The position numbers and the translations under genes are program-made. Below, in pieces: positions 37,663 through 48,816 of a stretch of 64,000 bases of DNA. Numbering within the stretch: the first letter of the stretch is position 1; every line of letters starts with the position of its first letter. The stretch is from assembly GCA_017940575.1 (NCBI GenBank), contig JAGAYJ010000015.1, positions 17,083 through 81,082 on the forward strand, read 5' to 3'. The notes under the pieces were generated by a model that did no database searches, was not told the DNA's origin, and saw nothing but the letters and a program-made list of their open reading frames with translations. The DNA is from Bacilli bacterium. Lineage in GTDB: Bacteria > Bacillota_I > Bacilli_A > RF39 > UBA660.

Positions 37663-40600
37663 ATGAGAACAATAACAGTTGATGGAAATGAGGCTTGTAG
37701 TAAAACAGCCTATCTATTTACAGAGATGGCAGGAATATATCCTATTACGCCATCTAGTACAATGGCAGAACATGTAGATGAATGGAGTAAAAGTAAACTA
37801 AATATTTTTAATGATCATGTAAAAGTAGTTGAGATGCAAAGTGAAGCAGGAGCAGCTGGATTTATTCATGGAGCACTTCAATCAGGAGTATTAGCTACAA
37901 CTTTTACAGCAAGCCAAGGCCTATTACTTATGATACCTAATATGTATAAAATGGCAGGTGAGATGTTACCCGCTGTTATACACGTTGCAGCACGAAGCTT
38001 ATCTACACATTCTCTATCTATTTTTGGAGACCATCAAGATATATATGCAACACGTCAAACTGGATTTTGTATGTTAGCTTCATCTTCAGTTCAGGATGCA
38101 TCATACCTATCAGGCATAGCTCACTTATCTGCAATAAAAGGTAGTCTTCCTTTTCTACATTTCTTTGATGGTTTTAGAACAAGTCACGAGATAAATAAAA
38201 TAAATGTATTAGAAGATGCGGACTATAAAAATTTAGTAGATATGGAAGCTTTAAATAAATTTAGAAAAAGAGCTCTTAATCCACTTAATCCAACTATTAA
38301 AGGAACTGCATCTAATGATGATATTTATTTTCAAATGACAGAATCTAGAAATAAATATTATGATAGAATACCTGATATAGTTGAATACTATATGAATGAA
38401 ATTAATAAGCTAGCTCATACTGACTATATGCCATTTAATTATTATGGCTCTAAGAATGCCAAAAATATAATAGTTGCTATGGGTTCAGTTTGTGAGACAA
38501 TAAAAGAGACTATTGATGAGTTAGGTGGAGACATTGGCTTAATTGAAGTACATTTATATAGACCATTTAGTATTAAACATTTACTTAATGTTTTACCAGA
38601 TACTGTTAAAAATATAGCTGTCTTAGATAGAACTAAAGAAGCAGGATCAATTGGTGAACCACTATACTTAGATATATGTGCTGCTTTAAAAGATAAAGAT
38701 ATAAATATAGTAGGTGGAAGATATGGACTTTCTTCAAAAAATACGACTCCAAAAGAAATAGAAGCTGTATATAATATGTTAGAAGGTACTTTAAAAAATA
38801 ACTTTACAATAGGTATTGTTGATGATGTAACTAACTTATCTTTAAAATCAACTGATTTAAAAATAAATAAACATCATGAAATGCTTATTTATGGATATGG
38901 TAGTGACGGAATGGTATCAGCATCTAAATCAATTATTAAATTACTTGGTGATAATACAAACCTTGATGTACAAGGATATTTTGAATATGACTCTAAAAAA
39001 TCAGGTGGAGTTACAATTGGTCATTTAAGATTTTCTAATAATGAGATAAGATCTACTTATTATGTTGAAAACCCTGAGATAGTAGTACTTACAAAAGACT
39101 CATACATAAATAACTTTGATATGTTATCTAATATTAAAGAAAATGGAGTATTTTTAATCTCTACTGAAAAAGATGATGCTGAATTATTTAACATGTTTAC
39201 TAAAGATATGTTAGATACTATAAATAATAAAAATATAACTGTATATATATCTAGAGCTAGTGAACTTGCTAAAACTAATAATCTAGGTAATAAGATAAGT
39301 ATGATTATGGAAGCACAACTTTTATATCTACTTAACCTAATTGATTATAATGAGGCTTTATCTAAAATAGAAGAAGATATTAAGAAAAAATTTAATAAAA
39401 AAGGTGAGATAATAGTAAATAGTAATATAAGTGCTATTAAAGATGCAGTAAGTTATTTAAAGAAAGTAGAAGTAATAAGTAATGGAGATAATATAATAGA
39501 AGTTAATAACACTAACTATGACAAGATTAATAAAAGATTAGGTTATACTCTAAAAGTATCTGACTTTGATAATCCTGATGGAACATATATTCCAGCTACT
39601 TCTAAATTTGATAAAAGAAAAATAGCTGAAATGGTACCTAATTGGATAAAAGATAACTGTATTAGTTGTAATCAATGTGCAACAGTATGTCCTCATGCAG
39701 TTATAAGACCTTACTTAATTGATGAAGATGAATATAACAAAATGCCAGATAATATAAAAGATAGATGCATAAAACCTATGAATCCACTATATAAAGACTA
39801 TTATTTTACAATAGCTGTTTCAATTGATGATTGTACAGGTTGTGGATTATGTATTAATACATGTCCAGGTCGTATGAAAAATAAAGCTCTTGAATTTAAA
39901 AGTTATGATTCTTTGAAAGTTGAACAAGAAGTATTTAACTATTTAGAAAAAAATATAAGTGAAAAAGATACTGATACATCAAATGTTATAGGATGTGCAT
40001 TTAAAAAACCTCACTTTGAATTTTCTGGAGCATGTGCTGGATGTGGAGAAACATCATATCTTAGAATTCTAACTCAATTATTTGGTAAACATTTAGTTAT
40101 ATCTAATGCAACAGGCTGTTCATCAATTTATGGCGCATCAATGCCTTCAATGCCATATAGTATTCCTTGGGCATCAAGCTTATTTGAAGATAATGCTGAA
40201 TATGGATATGGTATTACAATGGGTGATAAATTAATTAAAAATAGAATTAAAAATATTTTTGAAAGTAAAAATGATGAACTAGCTCAAAAATGGTTAAATA
40301 ATATAGATAATTATGAAGTTACAAAAGAAGTATATGATAACTTAGATTATTCTAAGTATCCTGAGTTATCTGATATAAAAGACTATTTAGTTAAGAAAAG
40401 TGTATGGATAACTGGAGGAGACGGTTGGGCATTTGATATAGGATTCTCTGGAATTGATCATGTTTTATCTAGTGATGAAGATGTTAATATATTAGTTTTA
40501 AATACACAAGTATATTCTAATACTGGAGGACAAACATCAAAGGCAACAACAGAAGGAATAGTTGCTCCATTTTCTAGTAATGGTAAAAAGACTAAAGCAA

Positions 40601-41028
40601 AAGACTTAGCAAGAATTGCAATGTCATATCCAAATGTTTATGTTGCGCAAATTAACTTAGGTGCTAATATGTTACAAACTATAAAAGCTTTAAAAGAAGC
40701 AGAAGCACATAAGGGACCTTCTATAGTAATTGCTTATGCACCTTGTATATCACATGGTATAAAAGGTGGAATGGCAAACAGCTTAAGTGTATCTAACCTA
40801 GCTACTAAATCAGGATACTATCCAATATTTAGATATAATCCGGATTTAAATAAATTCACACTGGATTCTAAGAATGTTGACTTTGAATTATATAATGAAT
40901 TCTTATCAACTCAAAATAGATTTAACATCTTAAAAAATAGTGATCCAAAAGAAGCTGAAATATTACTTAATAGTAATAAAGAACATGCTATAGAAAACTA
41001 TAATTATTATAAGGAATTAGAACAATGA
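37663..41028 (+). CDS. nifJ: Pyruvate:ferredoxin (flavodoxin) oxidoreductase, single-polypeptide form
   Basis: AYLFTEMAGIYPITPSSTMAEH N-terminus, two 4Fe-4S ferredoxin CxxCxxCxxxCP motifs, TPP-binding GGDGWAFDIG; 1121 aa. Confidence 0.9.
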   Translation: MRTITVDGNEACSKTAYLFTEMAGIYPITPSSTMAEHVDEWSKSKLNIFNDHVKVVEMQSEAGAAGFIHGALQSGVLATTFTASQGLLLMIPNMYKMAGEMLPAVIHVAARSLSTHSLSIFGDHQDIYATRQTGFCMLASSSVQDASYLSGIAHLSAIKGSLPFLHFFDGFRTSHEINKINVLEDADYKNLVDMEALNKFRKRALNPLNPTIKGTASNDDIYFQMTESRNKYYDRIPDIVEYYMNEINKLAHTDYMPFNYYGSKNAKNIIVAMGSVCETIKETIDELGGDIGLIEVHLYRPFSIKHLLNVLPDTVKNIAVLDRTKEAGSIGEPLYLDICAALKDKDINIVGGRYGLSSKNTTPKEIEAVYNMLEGTLKNNFTIGIVDDVTNLSLKSTDLKINKHHEMLIYGYGSDGMVSASKSIIKLLGDNTNLDVQGYFEYDSKKSGGVTIGHLRFSNNEIRSTYYVENPEIVVLTKDSYINNFDMLSNIKENGVFLISTEKDDAELFNMFTKDMLDTINNKNITVYISRASELAKTNNLGNKISMIMEAQLLYLLNLIDYNEALSKIEEDIKKKFNKKGEIIVNSNISAIKDAVSYLKKVEVISNGDNIIEVNNTNYDKINKRLGYTLKVSDFDNPDGTYIPATSKFDKRKIAEMVPNWIKDNCISCNQCATVCPHAVIRPYLIDEDEYNKMPDNIKDRCIKPMNPLYKDYYFTIAVSIDDCTGCGLCINTCPGRMKNKALEFKSYDSLKVEQEVFNYLEKNISEKDTDTSNVIGCAFKKPHFEFSGACAGCGETSYLRILTQLFGKHLVISNATGCSSIYGASMPSMPYSIPWASSLFEDNAEYGYGITMGDKLIKNRIKNIFESKNDELAQKWLNNIDNYEVTKEVYDNLDYSKYPELSDIKDYLVKKSVWITGGDGWAFDIGFSGIDHVLSSDEDVNILVLNTQVYSNTGGQTSKATTEGIVAPFSSNGKKTKAKDLARIAMSYPNVYVAQINLGANMLQTIKALKEAEAHKGPSIVIAYAPCISHGIKGGMANSLSVSNLATKSGYYPIFRYNPDLNKFTLDSKNVDFELYNEFLSTQNRFNILKNSDPKEAEILLNSNKEHAIENYNYYKELEQ

Positions 41029-41906
41029 TTTTAAACGTCAGTGGTAGGACAGATGTTGTTGCTTTCTATACTGATTGGTTTATGAATAGAATAAAAGAGG
41101 GTTATGTTGATGTTAGAAATCCTATTGCACCTAAGTTAATTAGTCGTATTAGTTTTTCTGATGTTGATCTAATCCTTTTTTGTACTAAAAATCCAATACC
41201 TATACTTAAACATTTAAAAAGTATAGATAAGCCAATATTATTTCATATAACGCTTACTCCTTATAAAAAAGATATTGAACCTAATGTACCTCCTAAAGGT
41301 AAAATTATAGAAGCTATTAAAGAGGTATCAAAAATAATTGGAATAGATAATGTATATGTTAGATATGATCCGATTTTTATTAACTCAAGATATACGCTTA
41401 ATTACCACATTAAAGCTTTTGATAAAATGTGTAATTTACTAGATGGCTATGTTAAAAATATAATTATTTCATTTATAGATGACTATAAAAATGTTAGAAA
41501 TAATAAAGATGAGTTAAGAATCAAAGAATTAACTGATAATGACCTAAAAGAAATTGGTCTAAACTTTAGTAAATCAGCAAAAGAACATAACATGACTGTT
41601 CAAACATGTTATGAAGATAAAAATTTAGTTGAATATGGATTTATAAAGAAGGAATGTATAGATGCAACACTTGCTTTTAAAAAAACAGGTAAAACTGATT
41701 TTAAGAAGTGGAAAGCAAGAAATTGTGGATGTGTTGAAATGGTTGATATTGGACTTTATAACTCGTGTAAGCATTTTTGTAAGTATTGCTATGCAAATTT
41801 TGATGAAGGAAAAGTTGAAAATAATTATGTTCATCATGATAAAACATCTTCGTTATTAATAGGGCATATAATGTATGATGATATTGTGAAAACTAGAAAA
41901 AAATAG
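41025..41906 (+). CDS. DUF1848-like protein with C-terminal Cys cluster (CGCVEMVDIGLYNSCKHFCKYC)
   Basis: Start overlaps PFOR stop (ATGA); N-terminal SGRTDVVAFYTDWFMNRI block and C-terminal cysteine cluster as I recall for DUF1848. Confidence 0.45.
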   Translation: MILNVSGRTDVVAFYTDWFMNRIKEGYVDVRNPIAPKLISRISFSDVDLILFCTKNPIPILKHLKSIDKPILFHITLTPYKKDIEPNVPPKGKIIEAIKEVSKIIGIDNVYVRYDPIFINSRYTLNYHIKAFDKMCNLLDGYVKNIIISFIDDYKNVRNNKDELRIKELTDNDLKEIGLNFSKSAKEHNMTVQTCYEDKNLVEYGFIKKECIDATLAFKKTGKTDFKKWKARNCGCVEMVDIGLYNSCKHFCKYCYANFDEGKVENNYVHHDKTSSLLIGHIMYDDIVKTRKK

Positions 41907-41950
41907 TTGTTAATTATATTTAAATGTGTTATATTTATGTAGGTGAAAAA

Positions 41951-42469
41951 ATGAATACAACATTAGATATTAAAAATGATAAAGATTTGATTCGTCTATT
42001 AAATGAAAAAGATTGTTTAAAAACAAAACTTGATCAATTAAAATATATTGATAAATCCACTGATTTTAATATGATAGAAATACTAGAAAATAGAATTGAT
42101 TTAATTGATATTATTGTATACAACTATATTTTTCAAAATAATGATATTAAAGAAATTATATGTACACGTGATACCTTGATTAAAACAGATCACATGCCAC
42201 AATTTATTCTAACTAATATTGATGATTTAAATAATTATTCAATTATTTTTAGAGGCTTTTTATCAATAACAGGAAAGTTAGATATTTATTATGATGAACA
42301 AGCAAATGCTTTGTTCGCAATTAATAAAATTCATCCATCAGATATGATAGAGTCTAGTGAAAATCAATTTTGTAAAATAGATACATCAATATGTTTTTAC
42401 CCAGGTATTTATAAAATAAAAGAAGGCGATGTTATTGGCCTTGCTAAAGAAAAAGTATTAGTTAAGTAA
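41951..42469 (+). CDS. Hypothetical protein
   Basis: ATG with AGGTGA RBS; no domain recognised. Confidence 0.4.
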   Translation: MNTTLDIKNDKDLIRLLNEKDCLKTKLDQLKYIDKSTDFNMIEILENRIDLIDIIVYNYIFQNNDIKEIICTRDTLIKTDHMPQFILTNIDDLNNYSIIFRGFLSITGKLDIYYDEQANALFAINKIHPSDMIESSENQFCKIDTSICFYPGIYKIKEGDVIGLAKEKVLVK

Positions 42470-42598
42470 TACTTTTTTTCATATTTATGGAGATAGCTTT
42501 ATAATATAGGTTATTAATAATTATTACACTATTGTAATAAAATATTATGGTGATATAATTAATACAGGTATTACTAAAAATTTAGATGTAGGTGTATT

Positions 42599-43243
42599 AT
42601 GAAAAATATTTTTAATGGTTATATGAATGATAATTTAAAACTAGAGTTATGGCAAAAGATAGGTGTTATATGTTTTATAATATCAATTTCCGGATTTTTC
42701 GGTTGGATTTATGAATTTATCTTTTATTATTTTAATTTTGGTTGTGAAAAATTTTATTGGCAAGGTGGAAATTTTTTACCATGGATTAATATATATGCAA
42801 TAGGATCCATACTCATTATATTATCCACAATAAAATTTAAAAAAAATCCTATAGTAGTCTTTTTGATAGCTACGTTATCAACAGGAATTTTAGAATACAT
42901 TTCAGGTTATTTAATATATGTATTAAATGATGGATTAAGACTTTGGGATTATAATACGGAAATTTTAAATTTTGGAAATATTAATGGCTTTGTATGTCTT
43001 AGAAGTGTTTTATTTTTTGGTATATCGGGCTTATTATTAATGTATATAATATTACCATTTGGAATATATTTATCTACAAAACTAAGTAGAAAAGTATTTT
43101 TAACAATTACTATTTTAGTTTGTTCAATTATTTTAATAGATGAATTTTATAATTTATTAATTGCTTCAACTTTTAAACTTCCAAGAGCACGTGATATTTA
43201 TAGTCAACTAGGTATAAACTATATGACATATAAAAGAGGTTAG
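42599..43243 (+). CDS. Small polytopic membrane protein (paralog pair, 1 of 2)
   Basis: 4-6 TM; paralogous to next gene (both carry G..GxxYE after the first TM helix). Confidence 0.4.
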   Translation: MKNIFNGYMNDNLKLELWQKIGVICFIISISGFFGWIYEFIFYYFNFGCEKFYWQGGNFLPWINIYAIGSILIILSTIKFKKNPIVVFLIATLSTGILEYISGYLIYVLNDGLRLWDYNTEILNFGNINGFVCLRSVLFFGISGLLLMYIILPFGIYLSTKLSRKVFLTITILVCSIILIDEFYNLLIASTFKLPRARDIYSQLGINYMTYKRG

Positions 43244-43254
43244 TAGGTGGCTTT

Positions 43255-43914
43255 ATGAAAAAAGAGTTTAATAAAATTATTCTTATATTTATAATAGGAA
43301 GCATAATTGGAGCAATTTACGAAGAGATGCTTCATGTTGTAAAGTTTTATATAAGTCATGGAACATTTGACTGGGTTACCAAAAGAGGGCTTATAATAGG
43401 ACCACTAAGCCCAATATATGGAATAGGATCAGTACTAATATATGTTGTATTTTATTTAAAAAAAAGAGATTGGTATAAAACATTTTTATTAGGTTCTATT
43501 TTTGGCGGAGTATTTGAATATTTAATGGGTTTTTTACAAGAAACTATATGGGGAACTATATCATGGGATTATACAGACAAGTTTTTAAATATAGGTGGTA
43601 GAACTACAGTTCCTTTTATGTTCTTTTGGGGAATGCTTGTTATATTTTTTGTATATGTAATCTTTCCTTTCCTAGATAAACTTTATTCTAAATTTAAGGA
43701 AAATTATATAAACAAAATAGTAAATATTTTATTTGTTGTTTTATTAGTTGATGTTGTAGTTACTATAACAGCAGTTACCAGACAAACTTTAAGACAAAGA
43801 GGATATAAATCTTCTACTATAGTAGGTGAGTATTGTGATAAATATTTTACTGATGATTATTTAAAAACTATATATAGAACATCAAAAGTTGTAAAAAAAA
43901 GTAATTCAAAATGA
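43255..43914 (+). CDS. Small polytopic membrane protein (paralog pair, 2 of 2)
   Basis: Tandem paralog of 42599-43243. Confidence 0.4.
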   Translation: MKKEFNKIILIFIIGSIIGAIYEEMLHVVKFYISHGTFDWVTKRGLIIGPLSPIYGIGSVLIYVVFYLKKRDWYKTFLLGSIFGGVFEYLMGFLQETIWGTISWDYTDKFLNIGGRTTVPFMFFWGMLVIFFVYVIFPFLDKLYSKFKENYINKIVNILFVVLLVDVVVTITAVTRQTLRQRGYKSSTIVGEYCDKYFTDDYLKTIYRTSKVVKKSNSK

Positions 43915-43915
43915 A

Positions 43916-44626
43916 TTACTTTTTTAGTACTTTACTAGTAACTTTATAACTTTCTTCTAATAGTTGTTTAATCTCACTATCACAGTTTAAAGTATGTAAT
44001 ATATTAGCATACACATTTGTATAAGTGGAAACTACATATTTTTTTTCTGCCTCGTTATTAAATGACATTTGATTTAAATAAGAAATAGCAATATTTAAAA
44101 GTTCAGATTTATCTGTAATATTATCTAGACTATCACAAACATTTTTGTAGTTGTAAATAATATTTTGTTTATTTTTTAAATCACTTATAACTGATAATTT
44201 ACCAATCATAAATTTAAATTTGTTTATTTTTTTATTATATTTATCTTTAAGTTTTAAATTAACGTCTAAGTATTCTTCAATATATTTACAAGCTTTACAA
44301 TATTTATTATATAAATAGGATTCAATAGCACATGTAAATAGACAGTCACTATTTTTATCAAGATTAAAATTATAAAAATTAATATTATTTTTACTAAGGT
44401 GTTTTAATATTTTAACTCTAGCATTATTAATTCTTATATTAATATCTGGAATTTTAGAATAGCCAATAGTATTTTGTATTCTATTAATATAATCAATATA
44501 ATGGTAAGTTATATCTGAGTAATCATTATATACTTTATTAATCATATCATAATAATCATTTTTAGTAACATTTTCACTTTTATTACAAAACTCTATATAT
44601 TTATATATTTCCTCATTAATAATCAT
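43916..44626 (-). CDS. Hypothetical Cys-containing protein
   Basis: GGTGA RBS; no domain recognised. Confidence 0.35.
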   Translation of the reverse strand: MIINEEIYKYIEFCNKSENVTKNDYYDMINKVYNDYSDITYHYIDYINRIQNTIGYSKIPDINIRINNARVKILKHLSKNNINFYNFNLDKNSDCLFTCAIESYLYNKYCKACKYIEEYLDVNLKLKDKYNKKINKFKFMIGKLSVISDLKNKQNIIYNYKNVCDSLDNITDKSELLNIAISYLNQMSFNNEAEKKYVVSTYTNVYANILHTLNCDSEIKQLLEESYKVTSKVLKK

Positions 44627-44712
44627 ACAATCACCAATTTAATTATATCATATTTATTATTTACAAATATATATTTTTAATTTATAATTAAATTATAGAG
44701 TAGGTGGTTTTG

Positions 44713-45279
44713 ATGAAAGAATTAATTAATAAAAGTATAGGGGCAGCGATTTTAATATCGTTAGGTAATTATGCACTATTAAAACTAGGTAGCCCAATTG
44801 GTCCTGTTATATTTGCATTTGGTCTACTTGGCGTGTGTTATATGGGACAGAACTTATTCACAGGAAAGTGTGGATTTCTAATTCAAGATAAAATAAAAAT
44901 AGATGATTTATTAATTATTTTAGAAGTTAACTTAATAGCAGGATATATATTAGGATATATTTATTCATTTGCTGATCCTGATATTTGTAAGACAGCAATA
45001 GCTAAAGTAGCTACATGGGATATTTCAATAGCATTCTTCATAAAATCAATATTATGTGGAATAATCATGTATATAGCAGTTTTACTTTATAAAAAAGGAA
45101 CAAGTCTTGGAATTATTTATGGAATACCACTTTTTATATTTTGTGGTTTCCAACACTGCATTGCGAACATTATAACTTTGGGAGTCGCTAGAACATTTAG
45201 TTTTTCCATAATAATATGTATTATAGGTAATTTAATAGGTTCACTACTTATGTGGTATTTTTCAAAAGATAGTGTATAA
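44713..45279 (+). CDS. Hypothetical polytopic membrane protein
   Basis: AGGTGG RBS; 5-6 TM. Confidence 0.4.
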   Translation: MKELINKSIGAAILISLGNYALLKLGSPIGPVIFAFGLLGVCYMGQNLFTGKCGFLIQDKIKIDDLLIILEVNLIAGYILGYIYSFADPDICKTAIAKVATWDISIAFFIKSILCGIIMYIAVLLYKKGTSLGIIYGIPLFIFCGFQHCIANIITLGVARTFSFSIIICIIGNLIGSLLMWYFSKDSV

Positions 45280-45316
45280 ATAAAAAAATAATAACCATAT
45301 TATTAGTGGTGATAAT

Positions 45317-45754
45317 ATGGATGAAAATTTAGAAATGTTAGAATATATTGTTAAAAACTCTGAGATGGGTGTATATAGTTCTAATAAGTTAATTAAAATG
45401 CTTAGTGATAAAGAAAATAAAATTAGAAAAGTAGTTGAAGGTATTTTAAAAGGATATGAAAACTACTATAAAGAATCAAAAAAATTAATAAAAAAATATA
45501 CAGATGATATTAAAGAAAATGGTACTATGGCTAAAATGAATGCATCTATGATGATGAAGATGGATGTTATGAAAGATAATAGTGACGCTAATATCGCCCA
45601 TATCCTAACACAAGGTCTTACTATGGGAGTAGTTGATATTACAAGCAAGATAGATAGATTTAAAGGCGATGCTGATAAGAAAATAATTAATATGGCCAAA
45701 GACTATTTAAAATTTCAACAAGAATCAATAGATTTTTTAAAAGACTATTTATAA
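45317..45754 (+). CDS. Hypothetical protein
   Basis: ORF followed by the terminator caccttaaaaaggtg + T-run. Confidence 0.4.
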   Translation: MDENLEMLEYIVKNSEMGVYSSNKLIKMLSDKENKIRKVVEGILKGYENYYKESKKLIKKYTDDIKENGTMAKMNASMMMKMDVMKDNSDANIAHILTQGLTMGVVDITSKIDRFKGDADKKIINMAKDYLKFQQESIDFLKDYL

Positions 45755-45830
45755 CACCTTAAAAAGGTGTTTTTTTCTTGATTTTAAAGGGCTTTATATA
45801 GTATAATTAAGAAGATTGTAGGGTGATTTT

Positions 45831-48776
45831 ATGTACTTAAAGAAAATAGTAGCAAGTGGATTTAAATCATTTGCTGATAAAATAAATATTGAATTAGATA
45901 ATGGTATAACTGGAATAGTAGGACCTAATGGATCAGGTAAATCAAATGTAGTAGATGCAATTAGGTGGGTACTCGGAGAACAATCAGTTAAATCACTTCG
46001 TGGTGAAGGAAATATGACTGATGTAATATTCTCAGGATCTAAATCAAGAAAAGCTCAAAATGTCGCATCAGTAACACTAATATTCGATAATACAGATAAA
46101 TACTTACCACTTGACTATACTGAAGTATCAATAAAAAGAAGAGTATATAGAGACGGTACTAATGAATACTTTATCAATGATGAGAAATGTAGACTAAAAG
46201 ATATAACAGATTTACTACTAGATACAGGTATTGCAAAAGAATCATTTAATATTATCTCACAAGGTAAAGTAGAAGAAATAATTCTAAATAAACCAAGTGA
46301 TAGAAGAGTAATATTTGAAGAAGCTGCAGGAGTACTTAAATATAAAAGAAGAAAAGAAGAAGCTATAAGAAAATTAGATAGAACTCATGATAATATGAAT
46401 CGTGTAGGTGATATAATAAGTGAATTAGAAACACAAGTAAATCCTTTAAAAGAACAAAGAGATAAAGCACTTATTTATAAAGAAAAATCAAGTGAATTAA
46501 AAGACTTAGAAATATCTTTAATAACACACGATATAACAAGCTTAAATGATATATATCAAACTAAAAAGAATAAAATAGAAGAGCTTAATAAAGAAATAAT
46601 AAAATCAACTACACTAAACTCTACAAATGAATCTAAGATAGAAGAATATAAAGTTAAAATATCAAAACTTGAAAATGATATAAATGAAACAAATAAAAAT
46701 TTGATTAAAACAACAGAAGAAGTAGAAAAAATAAATGGGCGCAAAAATATAATATTAGAAAGAAAAAAATATGCATCAAATGATCCTAAACTACATGATA
46801 ATTTAATAAATATAAAAGAAGCTAAAGCTAAATGTGAAGTAGAAGCTGATAAGATAAATAATGAAATTGAAACATTAAAAGAAGAACTACTTGATTTAAA
46901 GAAAAAATATGAAATAGAAGAGACTAATATTTCTAAAATAAAAGCTTCAAAACAAAACTTAGAAAAAGAGTTAAATAATAAACTTGGAGTTAAAATAAAT
47001 GTTCAAAATAAAATAGAATATTTAAGAAATTCAATAGAAAATAATAATACTCTACCTAGTGGAGTTAAAAATGTTTTAAATAATCCAAAATTAAAAGTAC
47101 ATGATACAATAGGTAATGTTATAGATGTTGATGAAGAATATTCAATAGCTATATCAACATCACTTGCATCAGCTATAAATAACATAATTGTTGATAATGA
47201 ACTATGCGCTAAAGATGCAATTGCTTATTTAAAACAAAATAACTTAGGAAGAGCAACATTCTTCCCACTTAATATTATAAAATCAAGAATTATATCAAAT
47301 GATATTTTATCTAAAATTAAAAATTCTGAAGGCTTTATAGATATAGCTTCTAATCTTGTTAAATATAATCCAATATATAAAAACATAATAGAAAATCAAT
47401 TAGGTAATGTAATTGTAGCAGATGATATAGATAATGCAAATAAAATAAGTAATATAATAAATCATACATATAGAATAGTTACACTTGATGGAACACTTCT
47501 ACATGTAGGTGGATCTCTTACAGGTGGTACTCAATTAAAACAAAAAAATACAATTACAGAAAAATATGAATTAGAACACTTACTTAAAGAAGAAGAAAAT
47601 GTAATAGATGAGGTAAAAGCATTAGAAGAAAAAATAAATACAAGCGACTATGATCTAAAATCAAAAGAAGATAAATTATATATCATAAATCGAGATTTAA
47701 TTAGCAAAGAAGAATACTTTAAAGTAAAAAATAATAACTTAATTGAATTAAAAAATAAATTAGAAGATTATATAAAAGAAGAAAGTGATACACAAGGTTT
47801 AATTAGTAACACTTTATCTAGTGAAGAAGAAAGCGTTATTAATGAATACTATGATGTATTAGCACGTAAAAATGAACTAGAAGAATTATTAAATAGACTA
47901 CAAAATCAAAAAATATCTTTAAAAAATGAACAAGAAGAATTTGAATTTACAATAAAACGTGAGAATAGTTTATTTAATCAAAAAAGTAAGGAATTAAAAG
48001 CACTTGAAATAGAAGTAAATAGAATGGATGTAAAACTTGATAACTTACTTAACAGATTAAATGAAACATATTCTATCACTTATGAAAAAGCAAATAGTGA
48101 ATATATTCTTGAAATTGACTCAGAAGAGGCTAGAGATAAAGTGGATACACTTAAAAGAATTATTCGTGATCTTGGAAATGTTAATTTAGATGCAATAGAA
48201 GAGTATGTAAAGGTAAGCGAAAGATATGAATTCTTAATTGCTCAAAGAGATGATTTAACTAAGGCTGAAGATACACTATTAGAGATTATAAGTGAAATGG
48301 ATGAAGTAATGAAAACTGAATTTGAAAGAGCATTTAAAGTAATAAATCAAAATTTCACAGAAACATTTAAGGAATTATTCAAAGGTGGTAATGCATATCT
48401 TAAACTAACAGATCCAGATAATTTACTTGAAACAGGAATAGAGATAATTGCATCTCCTCCAGGAAAGAGTTTAAAAAGTATTACGCTTTTATCAGGTGGA
48501 GAAAAAACATTTACTGCAATTAGTTTATTATTTGCAATCTTAAAATCACGTAGTGTGCCTTTCTGTGTATTAGATGAAGTTGAAGCCGCACTAGATGAGG
48601 CAAATGTTGATAGTTTTGGTGAATATATAACTAAATTTAAAGATCAAACACAATTTATATTAATTACACATAAAAAAAGAACAATGGAATATGCAAATAC
48701 CTTATATGGTATTACAATGCAAGAATCAGGTGTATCAAAACTTGTTAGTGTAAAACTTGAAGATTTTGATAAATAA
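45831..48776 (+). CDS. smc: Chromosome partition protein SMC (short, 981-aa form)
   Basis: Walker A GPNGSGKSNVVDAIRWVLGEQS, long coiled coils, hinge, C-terminal LSGGEKT signature and Walker B LDEVEAALD. Confidence 0.85.
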   Translation: MYLKKIVASGFKSFADKINIELDNGITGIVGPNGSGKSNVVDAIRWVLGEQSVKSLRGEGNMTDVIFSGSKSRKAQNVASVTLIFDNTDKYLPLDYTEVSIKRRVYRDGTNEYFINDEKCRLKDITDLLLDTGIAKESFNIISQGKVEEIILNKPSDRRVIFEEAAGVLKYKRRKEEAIRKLDRTHDNMNRVGDIISELETQVNPLKEQRDKALIYKEKSSELKDLEISLITHDITSLNDIYQTKKNKIEELNKEIIKSTTLNSTNESKIEEYKVKISKLENDINETNKNLIKTTEEVEKINGRKNIILERKKYASNDPKLHDNLINIKEAKAKCEVEADKINNEIETLKEELLDLKKKYEIEETNISKIKASKQNLEKELNNKLGVKINVQNKIEYLRNSIENNNTLPSGVKNVLNNPKLKVHDTIGNVIDVDEEYSIAISTSLASAINNIIVDNELCAKDAIAYLKQNNLGRATFFPLNIIKSRIISNDILSKIKNSEGFIDIASNLVKYNPIYKNIIENQLGNVIVADDIDNANKISNIINHTYRIVTLDGTLLHVGGSLTGGTQLKQKNTITEKYELEHLLKEEENVIDEVKALEEKINTSDYDLKSKEDKLYIINRDLISKEEYFKVKNNNLIELKNKLEDYIKEESDTQGLISNTLSSEEESVINEYYDVLARKNELEELLNRLQNQKISLKNEQEEFEFTIKRENSLFNQKSKELKALEIEVNRMDVKLDNLLNRLNETYSITYEKANSEYILEIDSEEARDKVDTLKRIIRDLGNVNLDAIEEYVKVSERYEFLIAQRDDLTKAEDTLLEIISEMDEVMKTEFERAFKVINQNFTETFKELFKGGNAYLKLTDPDNLLETGIEIIASPPGKSLKSITLLSGGEKTFTAISLLFAILKSRSVPFCVLDEVEAALDEANVDSFGEYITKFKDQTQFILITHKKRTMEYANTLYGITMQESGVSKLVSVKLEDFDK

Positions 48777-48816
48777 CTTGACAAGTATGATACAATTATA
48801 ATGGAGGTAATAAAAT

